Of a stretch of DNA of 64,000 bases, positions 18,239 to 28,703 are shown piece after piece. The notes under the pieces were generated by a model. The model saw only the letters and a program-made list of their open reading frames with translations, had not been told where the DNA came from and searched no databases. Position numbers and translations under genes: made by a program. Source of the stretch: an uncultured Gemmatimonadales bacterium (GTDB lineage Bacteria; Gemmatimonadota; Gemmatimonadetes; Longimicrobiales; RSA9); contig CAWCUS010000005.1 of assembly GCA_963798845.1 (NCBI GenBank), positions 160,001 through 224,000 on the forward strand. Direction: 5' to 3'. Positions within the stretch are counted from its first letter, which is position 1. Every line of letters starts with the position of its first letter.

Positions 18239-20176
18239 CTACAACGCCTTGGACCCGATCTCGTCGCGCAGCTGTCCCAGGAAGTCTTCGCGACCGAGCA
18301 CGTCCTGCTTCTTCCCCGCGCCGTGCTTGCGCACGGCGACGGTCCCGGCCTCCACCTCTCGCTGCCCGACCACCGCAAGGTACGGCACCTTCTGCGTCTC
18401 GCCGTCGCGGATCTTGTAGCTCAGCGTCTCGGAGCGGTCGTCCAGAGTCGCCCGGACGCCGGCGTCCCGCAGCCGGTCGGCGAACGCGCGGGCATCGTCG
18501 GCCTGGTCATCCGTGATCGGGAGGACGCGCACCTGCTCGGGCGCCAGCCAGAGCGGGAAAGCGCCCGCGAAGTGCTCGATCAGGATGGCGATGAAGCGCT
18601 CGAGGGAGCCGAAGATCGCCCGGTGTATCACCACCGGCCGGTGCGGGTGGTTGTCCTCCCCCGTGTACTCCAGCTCGAAGCGTTCGGGCGCGGCGTAGTC
18701 GAGCTGGATCGTGCCCAGCTGCCAGCTCCGGCCTATTGCGTCCACCACGTCGAAGTCGATCTTGGGGCCGTAGAACGCGCCATCGCCCTCCTTGAGGTCG
18801 TACTCCAGGCCCAGCCCCTCCAGGGCATTGCGCAGCCCCGCCTCCGCCCGGTCCCACATCTCGTCGGTGCCGATGCGCTGCTCCGGGCGCGTGGCGAATT
18901 TCTTCGTATAGCTCAACCCCAGCGTCCCGTAGAAGTAGTCGATGAGCTCCACAAGCCGACGGACCTCATCGGCGATCTGCTCTTCCGTGATGAAGATGTG
19001 GGCATCGTCCTGCTGGAACTGGCGCACGCGCGTGAGCCCCGAGAGCGCGCCCGTGATCTCGTTCCGGTGCAGCACGTCCTGCGTGGCGAAGCGGAGCGGC
19101 AGCTCGCGGTAGGAGTGCGCGCGCGACTTGTAGAGAAGGTAATGGGACGGGCAGTTCATCGGCTTCATGCCGAAGTCGTGCTCGCCCGACTCCCTGTCGA
19201 GCACCAGGAACATGTTGTCCTGGTACTTGCCCCAGTGCCCCGAGAGCTCCCACAGCGCCTTGTTGTACAGCAGCGGCGTCTTGACCTGCTGGTAGCCGTT
19301 CTCCGCCAGGACGTCCCGCATCCACTCCACCAGGGCGTGGTAGATGGTCGTGCCGCGATCCGTCCAGAACGGAGCGCCGGGTGCCCATGGATGGAACATG
19401 AAGAGGTCCAGCTCGCGTCCCAGCTTCCGATGGTCCCGCCGCTTCGCCTCCTCCAACCGGACCAGGTACTCCTGGAGGTCCGCCTCCGTGAACCAGGCGG
19501 TGCCGTAGATGCGCTGGAGCATCTGCCGCTTCTCGTCCCCGCGCCAGTACGCCCCGGCCGTGGACAGCAGCTTGAAATGCGCAACCTCTCCCGTCGCGGG
19601 CACGTGCGGACCGCGGCACAGGTCGAGGAACGGTCCGTTCCGGTAAATCGTGATGACCTCGTCGTCGCCGAGCTCCTCGAGCCGCTCCAGCTTGAGCGGG
19701 TCGTCCGCGAACAGCGCCCTGGCCTCTGCCTTCCCGACCACGCGCCGCTCGAACGGAGAGTCCTCGCCGGCGACCTCTCGCATCGCCGTCTCGATCTGCG
19801 CCAGTTCCTCCGGGGTGAACGGCTCGTCCACCTCGAAGTCGTAGTAGAAGCCGTTCTCAATGGCGGGGCCGAACCCGATGCCGGCGCCCGGGCGAACTTT
19901 CCGGACCGCCGTGGCCAGCACGTGCGCGGCCGAGTGGCGCAGCACCTCGAGCGCCTCCGGGCTGCGCCGCGTGATGATCTCCAGCGCTGCGTCCCGCTCC
20001 AGCGGGCGCCCGAGGTCCACGACCTCGCCGTCCACCTTCGCCGCCAGCGCGGCGCGGGCCAGCCCTGGACCGATCCGTTCGGCAACGTCCCGGGCCGTCG
20101 CCCCACGCGGGACCTCCAGCGCCTTGCCGTCCGGCAGTCGGACGCGGATCACACCCTCTTCCGTTCCCTTCATCAC
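18239..20176 (-). CDS. thrS: Threonyl-tRNA synthetase
   Basis: TGS domain, LRHSAAHVLA, DLCRGPHV, RDHRKLG, KPMNCP, GAFYGPKID, HRAIFGSLERF. Confidence 0.98.
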   Translation of the reverse strand: MMKGTEEGVIRVRLPDGKALEVPRGATARDVAERIGPGLARAALAAKVDGEVVDLGRPLERDAALEIITRRSPEALEVLRHSAAHVLATAVRKVRPGAGIGFGPAIENGFYYDFEVDEPFTPEELAQIETAMREVAGEDSPFERRVVGKAEARALFADDPLKLERLEELGDDEVITIYRNGPFLDLCRGPHVPATGEVAHFKLLSTAGAYWRGDEKRQMLQRIYGTAWFTEADLQEYLVRLEEAKRRDHRKLGRELDLFMFHPWAPGAPFWTDRGTTIYHALVEWMRDVLAENGYQQVKTPLLYNKALWELSGHWGKYQDNMFLVLDRESGEHDFGMKPMNCPSHYLLYKSRAHSYRELPLRFATQDVLHRNEITGALSGLTRVRQFQQDDAHIFITEEQIADEVRRLVELIDYFYGTLGLSYTKKFATRPEQRIGTDEMWDRAEAGLRNALEGLGLEYDLKEGDGAFYGPKIDFDVVDAIGRSWQLGTIQLDYAAPERFELEYTGEDNHPHRPVVIHRAIFGSLERFIAILIEHFAGAFPLWLAPEQVRVLPITDDQADDARAFADRLRDAGVRATLDDRSETLSYKIRDGETQKVPYLAVVGQREVEAGTVAVRKHGAGKKQDVLGREDFLGQLRDEIGSKAL

Positions 20177-20300
20177 TCGCTCCGCTCTCTTTCAGGCACC
20201 CGCCCACGCCAATCCAGCCGACCTGCCAACGACGCCGCCCGTCCACGCCGCTCCCGGCGGCCGGCCGCGACCGGCTTCCACCGCCATCCGACAGCGCCGG

Positions 20301-20338
20301 AAATGGAAACGGCCCCTCCGCGCGCCGGAGAGGCCGTC
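20301..20338 (-). terminator. Attenuator terminator in thrS leader
   Basis: GACGGCCTCTCCG-GCGCG-CGGAGGGGCCGTT then TCCATTT, about 20 nt after the leader-peptide stop. Confidence 0.7.
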
Positions 20339-20357
20339 CGTCGGACGCGGGCGCCGG

Positions 20358-20444
20358 TTACGCCCGCAACGGGACAGACCTCCCCCGCGCTCCCGTGGCG
20401 CGCGAGGTGGTGGTCTCGGTGGAGACAGGCGTCGTTTCCCGCAT
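20358..20444 (-). CDS. Thr-rich leader peptide of thrS (28 aa, MRETTPVSTETTTSRATGARGRSVPLRA)
   Basis: Manual translation: 7 Thr codons in the first 17, including ACC ACC ACC. Lies between a promoter and a terminator upstream of thrS. Confidence 0.8.
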   Translation of the reverse strand: MRETTPVSTETTTSRATGARGRSVPLRA

Positions 20445-20450
20445 GCGGAT

Positions 20451-20480
20451 ACCATAGCCCCGCTGCCGCGGTGGCGTCAA
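20451..20480 (-). promoter_or_regulatory. sigma-70-type promoter of thrS leader (leaderless start)
   Basis: TTGACG-N18-TATGGT, 6 nt before the leader ATG. Confidence 0.72.
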
Positions 20481-20625
20481 TGCGCGCCGCCGTCCGGCAT
20501 GTCCATTGCCTCGCGTCGACACGCGAATGCCACGCCGACGGCTTTTCGCCGCGCTCCCGTGGCTCTAGCTTTGGGAGTTCTCTTGCACAACCGCACTACC
20601 CCGGACAGAGGCTGACCCGTTGACG

Positions 20626-22689
20626 ATGACGTTGTTCGAACGCCTGCAGGATCTCGCCTACAACCTGCGGTGGGACTGGCACCGTCCCACACGTCGGCTC
20701 TTCTGTGAGCTCGACCCCGAGCTGTGGGAGCGCACGAGCCACAATCCCGTGGCGCTCCTGCGCCGTCTCGATCCGGCCGCGCCGCCGCCCGTGGACCGCC
20801 TGGAAGAGCGCGTCGACGACCTGTGGCGGGACCTCCACGACTATCTGGGCGCGCGCGACACATGGTATGGTCCCCCCGAAGAGCCAATGGACCGCCCCCT
20901 CGTCGCATATTTCTCGGCCGAGTACGGCCTGACGGAGTGCCTCCGGATCTACTCCGGCGGGCTCGGCATCCTCGCGGGCGACCACCTGAAGGCCGCCAGC
21001 GACCTGGGCCTCCCCCTCGTTGCCGTCGGGCTCCTCTATCGGGAGGGCTATTTCACCCAGCACGTGGATGCCGGTGGCCGCCAGCACGAGACCTTCCCGG
21101 CCGCGGACTTCGACGACCTCCCCCTGCACCCTGTGCACCGCAGGGACGGCTCGCGAATGCGAATCACCGTGCCGTTCCCGGGCCGGCCGCTCACGGCGGC
21201 GGTGTGGCGCGCGGACGTCGGTCGTGTCGCGCTCTACCTGCTCGACACCGACCTCCCCGAGAACGCTCCGGCCGACCGGGGGATCACCTCCCGGCTCTAT
21301 GGCGGAGACCAGGAGCTGCGGATCGCCCAGGAGATCATGCTGGGGATCGGCGGATACCGCGCCCTCTCGGCCATGCGGGTGAAGCCCCGCTCGTTCCACA
21401 TGAACGAGGGTCACTCCGCCTTCCTCGCCATCGAGCTCGTGCGCGACCTCATGATGGCCGAAGGTCTGGGCTTTGCCGCCGCTGTCGAAACGGCGCGAGA
21501 GCGCAACATCTTCACCACGCACACACCCGTTCCGGCAGGTCACGACCGCTTCGCACCGGCTCTCATGGAGCAGCACTTCGGTGCGATCGCTGCGGCGATG
21601 GGGATTTCCGTGACGGATCTCCTCGGCCTCGGCCGCGTGGATCCCGGTGACGAGGCGGAGCCGTTCACCATGACGGTGCTGGCGCTGCGCCTGGCCGCGC
21701 AGGCCAACGGCGTGAGCGCCGTCCACGGGCAGGTGTCGCGCGAGATGTGGCGGCCGCTCTGGCCCGACCGCGGCGTCGACCGCGTCCCGATCGGACACAT
21801 CACGAACGGCGTCCACCTCCCCAGCTGGGTCCACCCCGACATAGCCGCGACCTGGGGCAATGTCGCGCCGGCCCAGCTCGGCGTGGACGAGCGCGCCCCC
21901 AGCCTCGATCCGGCCACGCTCTGGGCCGCCCACCAGCAGAGGCGGCACCGGCTCGTCCACTACGTCAGGGAGCGCACGGGCGTGGAGCTCAGCCCGGAGG
22001 CGCTCACCATCGGCTTCGCGCGGCGCTTCGCCACCTACAAGCGCGCCACCCTCCTCTTCCAGGACCCGGACCGGCTCGCCCGTCTCCTGTCCGATCCCGA
22101 GCGTCCGGTCCAGCTCATCTTCGGGGGCAAGGCCCATCCGAAGGACCAGGGCGGGAAGGCGCTCATCCGACGGATCCTGGAAGCATCCCAGGAGGAACGC
22201 TTCCGCAACCGGATCGTCTTCCTCCCCGGCTACGGGATCGACCTGGCGCGCGTCCTGGTGCAGGGCGCCGACGTCTGGCTGAACAACCCACGCCGTCCGC
22301 TGGAGGCCAGCGGGACCAGCGGGATGAAGGCCGCGGCCAACGGGGTGCTGAACGTCAGCATCCTGGACGGGTGGTGGGACGAGGCATGGAGCGCCAGCGA
22401 GGGGCAGGACACCAGGCCGGGCTGGGCCATCGCCAGCGATGACGCCGCAGGCTCACCCGAGGCGGTGGACGAGCTCGACTACCAGGCTCTCTTCGCGCTG
22501 CTCGAGGAGGAGGTCGTACCCGCCTTCTACCACCGCGACGAGAGCGGCGCTCCGGCGGAATGGACGGCGCGAATGGTGGCGAGCGTCGCGACGATCGCGC
22601 CCGTCTTCAACACGAACCGGATGGTCCGCCAGTACGCAGAGCGCTACCGCCAGGCCGCCGAGCTCGCTGCCGTCGGCCGCGATCGCTGA
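20626..22689 (+). CDS. glgP: Alpha-glucan (glycogen/starch) phosphorylase
   Basis: LAYNLRWDW, YSGGLGILAGDHLK, HMNEGHSAF, GFARRFATYKRA, PLEASGTSGMKA (PLP lysine). Confidence 0.95.
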   Translation: MTLFERLQDLAYNLRWDWHRPTRRLFCELDPELWERTSHNPVALLRRLDPAAPPPVDRLEERVDDLWRDLHDYLGARDTWYGPPEEPMDRPLVAYFSAEYGLTECLRIYSGGLGILAGDHLKAASDLGLPLVAVGLLYREGYFTQHVDAGGRQHETFPAADFDDLPLHPVHRRDGSRMRITVPFPGRPLTAAVWRADVGRVALYLLDTDLPENAPADRGITSRLYGGDQELRIAQEIMLGIGGYRALSAMRVKPRSFHMNEGHSAFLAIELVRDLMMAEGLGFAAAVETARERNIFTTHTPVPAGHDRFAPALMEQHFGAIAAAMGISVTDLLGLGRVDPGDEAEPFTMTVLALRLAAQANGVSAVHGQVSREMWRPLWPDRGVDRVPIGHITNGVHLPSWVHPDIAATWGNVAPAQLGVDERAPSLDPATLWAAHQQRRHRLVHYVRERTGVELSPEALTIGFARRFATYKRATLLFQDPDRLARLLSDPERPVQLIFGGKAHPKDQGGKALIRRILEASQEERFRNRIVFLPGYGIDLARVLVQGADVWLNNPRRPLEASGTSGMKAAANGVLNVSILDGWWDEAWSASEGQDTRPGWAIASDDAAGSPEAVDELDYQALFALLEEEVVPAFYHRDESGAPAEWTARMVASVATIAPVFNTNRMVRQYAERYRQAAELAAVGRDR

Positions 22690-22737
22690 CGCCGCCGCGC
22701 GCACGACCGCCCGCCTCCGGCCTCCTCCCACGAACGA

Positions 22738-22778
22738 GATCGGGCCCCTCCCGCGGCGTCGCGGGAGGGGCCCGATTC
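22738..22778. terminator. Perfect hairpin between convergent glgP and groEL
   Basis: ATCGGGCCCCTCCCGCG-GCGT-CGCGGGAGGGGCCCGAT, 17-bp stem. Confidence 0.7.
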
Positions 22779-22800
22779 CGTACTGCCGTGCAGCGGGCGA

Positions 22801-24450
<1,650 letters not shown>

Positions 24451-24497
24451 TTACCCTATCTCTGGTTAGCCTTCTGTTCCCGAAATGCCCGGGCCGC

Positions 24498-24803
24498 TCA
24501 GCCGATCACCGCCAACACGTCCGACTCCCGCAGGATCAGGAACTGCTCCCCGCCCACGGTCACTTCCGTGCCGCTGTACTTCCCGTACAGCACCTTGTCG
24601 CCCTTGCTGAGCTCCATCTTGATCTGCTTCCCCTCGTCGCTCACGCGACCAGGGCCCACCGCCACGATCTCCCCCTGCTGGGGCTTCTCCTTCGCTGTGT
24701 CCGGGATGTACAGCCCGCCCCGCATCTCTTCGCTCTCATCGAGCGGCCTCACGACCACACGGTCCGCCAGCGGCTTGATGTTCACCGCGGAAGCAGTGGG
24801 CAT
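24498..24803 (-). CDS. groS: Co-chaperonin GroES
   Basis: [41 protein letters not shown]. Confidence 0.98.
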   Translation of the reverse strand: MPTASAVNIKPLADRVVVRPLDESEEMRGGLYIPDTAKEKPQQGEIVAVGPGRVSDEGKQIKMELSKGDKVLYGKYSGTEVTVGGEQFLILRESDVLAVIG

Positions 24804-24849
24804 GGATCTCCTCCGTTCGTGGTTCGATGATTCGCTCCGGCGTCTTCTG

Positions 24850-24876
24850 CTAGCACTCGCATGCATCGAGTGCTAA
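24850..24876 (-). promoter_or_regulatory. CIRCE element (HrcA operator)
   Basis: TTAGCACTC-N9-GAGTGCTAG between the promoter and groES. Confidence 0.93.
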
Positions 24877-24887
24877 CAAACGCGCCA

Positions 24888-24916
24888 AGAGTAGGCGGGC
24901 GCTCGACCCGCGTCAA
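24888..24916 (-). promoter_or_regulatory. sigma-70-type promoter of groESL
   Basis: TTGACG-N17-TACTCT just upstream of CIRCE. Confidence 0.78.
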
Positions 24917-25032
24917 GGCCCGCTCACGGACGCACTCCCCGTGCAGAGCTCATGCCCCGCCGGACTGTCAGGTTGGCGGCGCCGGCCCGTCGAAGTGACA
25001 GGAGGAGAGCCGATGCCCCTGGCCGGGAGCCG

Positions 25033-25812
25033 TCAGGGGGTGCCGGTGGCCTTCATCTCCTGCCACGCGATGCGGAGACCGTGCAGGGTGAGAAAGGGCT
25101 CGACGCGGTCGATGGTGCGGCAATGGGGTGCGAGAAGAGGGGCGAGGCCGCCGGTGGCGACGACGAGGGGGTGGTTTCCCCATTCCTCGGTGATGCGGCG
25201 GACGATGCCGTCGATGGACTCGACAGCGCCGAAGAAGATGCCGCTGCGGAGGGCGGTGTCGGTGCGGCGTCCGATGACGCGGGCGGGTGGCTCGAGGTCG
25301 ACGCGGGGGAGCCGTGCAGTGCGACGAGTGAGGGTTTCGGCACCCGTCTGGATGCCGGGGGCGATGACGCCGCCGATGAAGACGCCGTCGCCGGAGATGC
25401 AGTCGAAGGTGGTGGCGGTTCCCAGGTCGACGACAATGGTGTCGGTGTGGAAGAGGCGTGCGGCGGCCAGGGTATTGGCGATGCGGTCGGCGCCGACACT
25501 GAGGGGCTCGTCCACGTCGAGACGGATGGGCAGGTCGGAGGCGGGGTCGATGACGAGGGTGCCGCAGGCGAGGTGCCGCTCGCAGGCGCCGAGCGCGGCG
25601 GGCGTGACCGGCGGGACCACGGAGGCGATGGTGGCGCCGCGGATGTCGCCGGGCTCGATGGCCGCTTCTCGCAGGATCGCCCGGAGGAGGAGCCCGTACT
25701 CGTCGACGGTGCGCTCGGCGTGGGTGGAGACGCGCCAGTGGCTGACGAGCTCGGAGTCGCGGAAGATGCCGAGAACGGTTTCGGTGTTGCCGATGTCGAG
25801 CGTCAGGATCAT
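25033..25812 (-). CDS. coaX: Type III pantothenate kinase
   Basis: LDIGNTET, SVVP, VGADRIAN, VDLGTATTFD, GGVIAPG, VATGGLA. Confidence 0.95.
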   Translation of the reverse strand: MILTLDIGNTETVLGIFRDSELVSHWRVSTHAERTVDEYGLLLRAILREAAIEPGDIRGATIASVVPPVTPAALGACERHLACGTLVIDPASDLPIRLDVDEPLSVGADRIANTLAAARLFHTDTIVVDLGTATTFDCISGDGVFIGGVIAPGIQTGAETLTRRTARLPRVDLEPPARVIGRRTDTALRSGIFFGAVESIDGIVRRITEEWGNHPLVVATGGLAPLLAPHCRTIDRVEPFLTLHGLRIAWQEMKATGTP

Positions 25813-26606
25813 GGGTTCGCCGGCTCGTCGGTGGTGCGTACGGTTCCGGAAAGTACGGTGCGGAAATGGCTCCCGACACGGGCGAGAAGGGCGCCCTCGG
25901 GAGAAACGCCGGCCGCGATGCCGGCGGGGACGTCGTCGACGGTGATGGCGTTTCCGAGGAGGGCGTCCCTGCGCGCGAAAGCGGCGAGCTCGTCGGGCGC
26001 CAGCCGTGCGGGATCGAGGGTGGCGGCGTGGCGCCAGGCGCGGACAACGGCGCCGGCGATCCGGGGGGTGGCCACGGCGGCGCCGGCGGCGGCGAGGGAG
26101 ATGGCGCTGCCGGCGAGCGCGGTTGGCCAGGCGTCGTCGGGCTGCGTCAGGTTGAGCCCGATCCCCGCGACAATGGAGAACCCCTCGCCCTCCTGGTACG
26201 CCCCTTCGCAGAGGATTCCGCCGAGCTTCCGCTCTCTCACGAGAAGGTCGTTGGGCCATTTGATCAGGACGGTGAGGGCGGCGGCGCGCTCGACGGCGGC
26301 GGCCGCCGCGAGCCCGAGGCGGAGCGTGAGCACGCCGGGCGAGTGCACATCCTGGTAGCGGAAGAGCATGGACAGGAGCAGGCTGTGGCCGGGGTGATCG
26401 GTCCAGCCTCGCCCGCGCCGGCCGCGCCCGGCGCTCTGGTGGTCCGCGATGATCGTGGTGCCCGCGGGGGCACCGGAGCCGGCGCGCTCCCGCAGCGCGT
26501 CGTTGGTGGAGGGGATCGCGGCGTGGATCTCGAGGCGCGGAACGCCCCAGGCGCGGCGCCACTCGGCGGCGGGGCGGCCATGCCAATCCACGGGCGGTGC
26601 GCTCAC
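25809..26606 (-). CDS. birA: Biotin-[acetyl-CoA-carboxylase] ligase (no N-terminal HTH)
   Basis: STND, QSAGRGRRGRGW, IKWPNDL, KLGGILCE, GIGLN. Confidence 0.92.
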   Translation of the reverse strand: MSAPPVDWHGRPAAEWRRAWGVPRLEIHAAIPSTNDALRERAGSGAPAGTTIIADHQSAGRGRRGRGWTDHPGHSLLLSMLFRYQDVHSPGVLTLRLGLAAAAAVERAAALTVLIKWPNDLLVRERKLGGILCEGAYQEGEGFSIVAGIGLNLTQPDDAWPTALAGSAISLAAAGAAVATPRIAGAVVRAWRHAATLDPARLAPDELAAFARRDALLGNAITVDDVPAGIAAGVSPEGALLARVGSHFRTVLSGTVRTTDEPANP

Positions 26607-26655
26607 GCCTCGGCCCTGCCGCGGCCGGCGGGGGCGGTGTGGGCGGACGCAGGGC

Positions 26656-27786
26656 TCACTCGTTCAGCACCCGCTCGTAGTAGGCCTCGTATCGAGGCAC
26701 GATCTTGTCCGCGGAGAAGAGGGTGGCGCGCTGGAGGGCGGCCTGGCTCGCTTCGGCCCACCGCTCCGGGCCGAGCAGCTCGAGCGACGCCGCCGCCATG
26801 GCGTCCACGTCTCCGACCGGCTCGAGGATGCCGGCGGGCGGCGCGACGACTTCGGGAAGCCCGCCGACGCGGCTTCCCACCACGGGCACGCCGCACGCCA
26901 TCGCCTCGAGCGCCACCAGTCCGAACGCCTCGCTCTCGCTGGGGAGCAGGAAGAGATCCGAGCACGCCAGGATCTCGGTCACGGACTCCTGCTTGCCCAT
27001 GTAGACGACACGGTCCGCCACACCTTCGTCGGCGGCGACCTGCTGCGTGTGCCCGCGCTCCGGACCGTCGCCGACGAAGACGAGCCGGGCGGGGATGGCG
27101 CGCGCCACGCGGGCGAAGATCCGGACCACGTCCGTCACGCGCTTGACGGAGCGAAAGTTGGAGATGTGGACGATCACCTTCTCGTCGTCATCGGCGAATT
27201 GGCTGCGGTGGCATGGCTCGAGGTCGCGACGATAGACCGAGAGGTCGACGAAATTCGGAATGACCTCGACCCGCTCGGCCGGGACGTCGAACCGCTCGAC
27301 GGTCTCGCGCTTCAGGTATTCGGAAACGGCGGTGAGCCCGTCCGACTTGCCTATCGAGAAGCGGGTGATCGCGTGGTAGGAAGGGTCCCGACCGACGAGC
27401 GTGATATCGGTGCCGTGCAGCGTGGTCACGACGCGCGGCCCGCGTCCGTCGAGGAGCTGCTTGGCCAGCCACGCCGAAGTGGCGTGAGGCACTGCGTAGT
27501 GGACGTGCAGGAGATCGAGGCCGTGGCGTTCGGCGGCGTTCTGCATGGCCACGGACAGAGCCAGCGAGTACGGGGGATACTCGAACAGCGGATAGATCGG
27601 GACCTCCACTTCGTGGTAGTAGACGTTCTCCACGAAGCGGGAGAGCCTGAACGGTTGCGCGTAGGTGATGAAGTGGACTTCGTGCCCGCGCTTGGCCAGC
27701 TCCAGCCCCAGCTCGGTCGCGACGACGCCCGAGCCACCGTACACGGGATAGCCCGTTATCCCGATCTTCAGCTTGCGCTCTCCCAT
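26656..27786 (-). CDS. bshA: N-acetyl-alpha-D-glucosaminyl L-malate synthase (GT4, bacillithiol pathway)
   Basis: [61 protein letters not shown]. Confidence 0.9.
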   Translation of the reverse strand: MGERKLKIGITGYPVYGGSGVVATELGLELAKRGHEVHFITYAQPFRLSRFVENVYYHEVEVPIYPLFEYPPYSLALSVAMQNAAERHGLDLLHVHYAVPHATSAWLAKQLLDGRGPRVVTTLHGTDITLVGRDPSYHAITRFSIGKSDGLTAVSEYLKRETVERFDVPAERVEVIPNFVDLSVYRRDLEPCHRSQFADDDEKVIVHISNFRSVKRVTDVVRIFARVARAIPARLVFVGDGPERGHTQQVAADEGVADRVVYMGKQESVTEILACSDLFLLPSESEAFGLVALEAMACGVPVVGSRVGGLPEVVAPPAGILEPVGDVDAMAAASLELLGPERWAEASQAALQRATLFSADKIVPRYEAYYERVLNE

Positions 27787-28703
27787 CGCCCCCTCACCTC
27801 CTCCACCAGTTCGCGTCTCGGTCGCGTCCCGTCGAGCCAGACCGCTCCAGGCGGCAGCTGGTTGCGAAACCAGGTGAGCTGACGCCGGGCGTAAGCGCGC
27901 GTGGCGCGGCGGATGCGGTCCGCCGCCTCTTCCAGCGTACACTCCCCCGCCAGGTGCGCCATGGCCTCTGGATACCCCGTTGCGCTGAGTCCCGGTTCCT
28001 CCGGGCTCCGTCCAGCGTCGAGGAAGCGACGCGCTTCCTCCAGCAGTCCCGCCGCCAGCATGACATCCACGCGGCGGTTGATCCGGTCGTACAGCTGGTC
28101 GCGCGGCAGGTCGAGCACGAACACCAGCGGCGACAGGCCCGCTTCGGCGGCGGGGCGTCGGGCGTGCCACCACGATAGCGGGCGTCCGGTGAGGAGCGCG
28201 ATCTCGAGCGCCCGGAGCACGCGCTGCCGCCCACCTCCGCGCTCCAGCCGACGCGCGATCGCGGGATCGAGCTCCTCGAGCCAGCGGCGAAGCTCCGGCG
28301 CCGGCTTGCCCGCGAGGTGGTCCCGCAGACGCGCGCGTCGCGCGCCCTCCATGGGCGGCTCCTCGAACAGGGGATCGGTGAGCGCGCGCAGGAAGAAGCC
28401 GGTTCCCCCGACGAACAGGGCGATGCGTCGCCGCTGGCGGATGCCGTCCAGCCATCGGCGGGCGTCCCGGCTGAAGCGGCCGGCGCTGTAGCGCTCGCCC
28501 GGCTCGACGACGTCCAGCCCGTGGTGCGGGATCCGGGCACGGTCCGCGGGCGACGGCTTGGCCGTTCCCACGTCCATTCCCCGATACACCTGCCGCGAGT
28601 CCATGGAGACGATCTCGGCAGCCGTGGCCGCGGCGAGATCCAGCGCGAGGGCGCTCTTCCCCGCGGCCGTCGGGCCGGTGAGGACGAGGACGTCCCTATC
28701 CAT
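27768..28703 (-). CDS. miaA: tRNA dimethylallyltransferase
   Basis: GPTAAGKS, DSRQVYRGMDVGTAKP, VGGTGFF, TRAYARRQLTWFR. Confidence 0.96.
   Translation of the reverse strand: MDRDVLVLTGPTAAGKSALALDLAAATAAEIVSMDSRQVYRGMDVGTAKPSPADRARIPHHGLDVVEPGERYSAGRFSRDARRWLDGIRQRRRIALFVGGTGFFLRALTDPLFEEPPMEGARRARLRDHLAGKPAPELRRWLEELDPAIARRLERGGGRQRVLRALEIALLTGRPLSWWHARRPAAEAGLSPLVFVLDLPRDQLYDRINRRVDVMLAAGLLEEARRFLDAGRSPEEPGLSATGYPEAMAHLAGECTLEEAADRIRRATRAYARRQLTWFRNQLPPGAVWLDGTRPRRELVEEVRGRWESAS

Noticed and set aside
20177..20480. T-box riboswitch upstream of thrS
   Set aside because: No T-box consensus (GGTGGNACCGCG) on the minus strand. The leader-peptide model explains the region.
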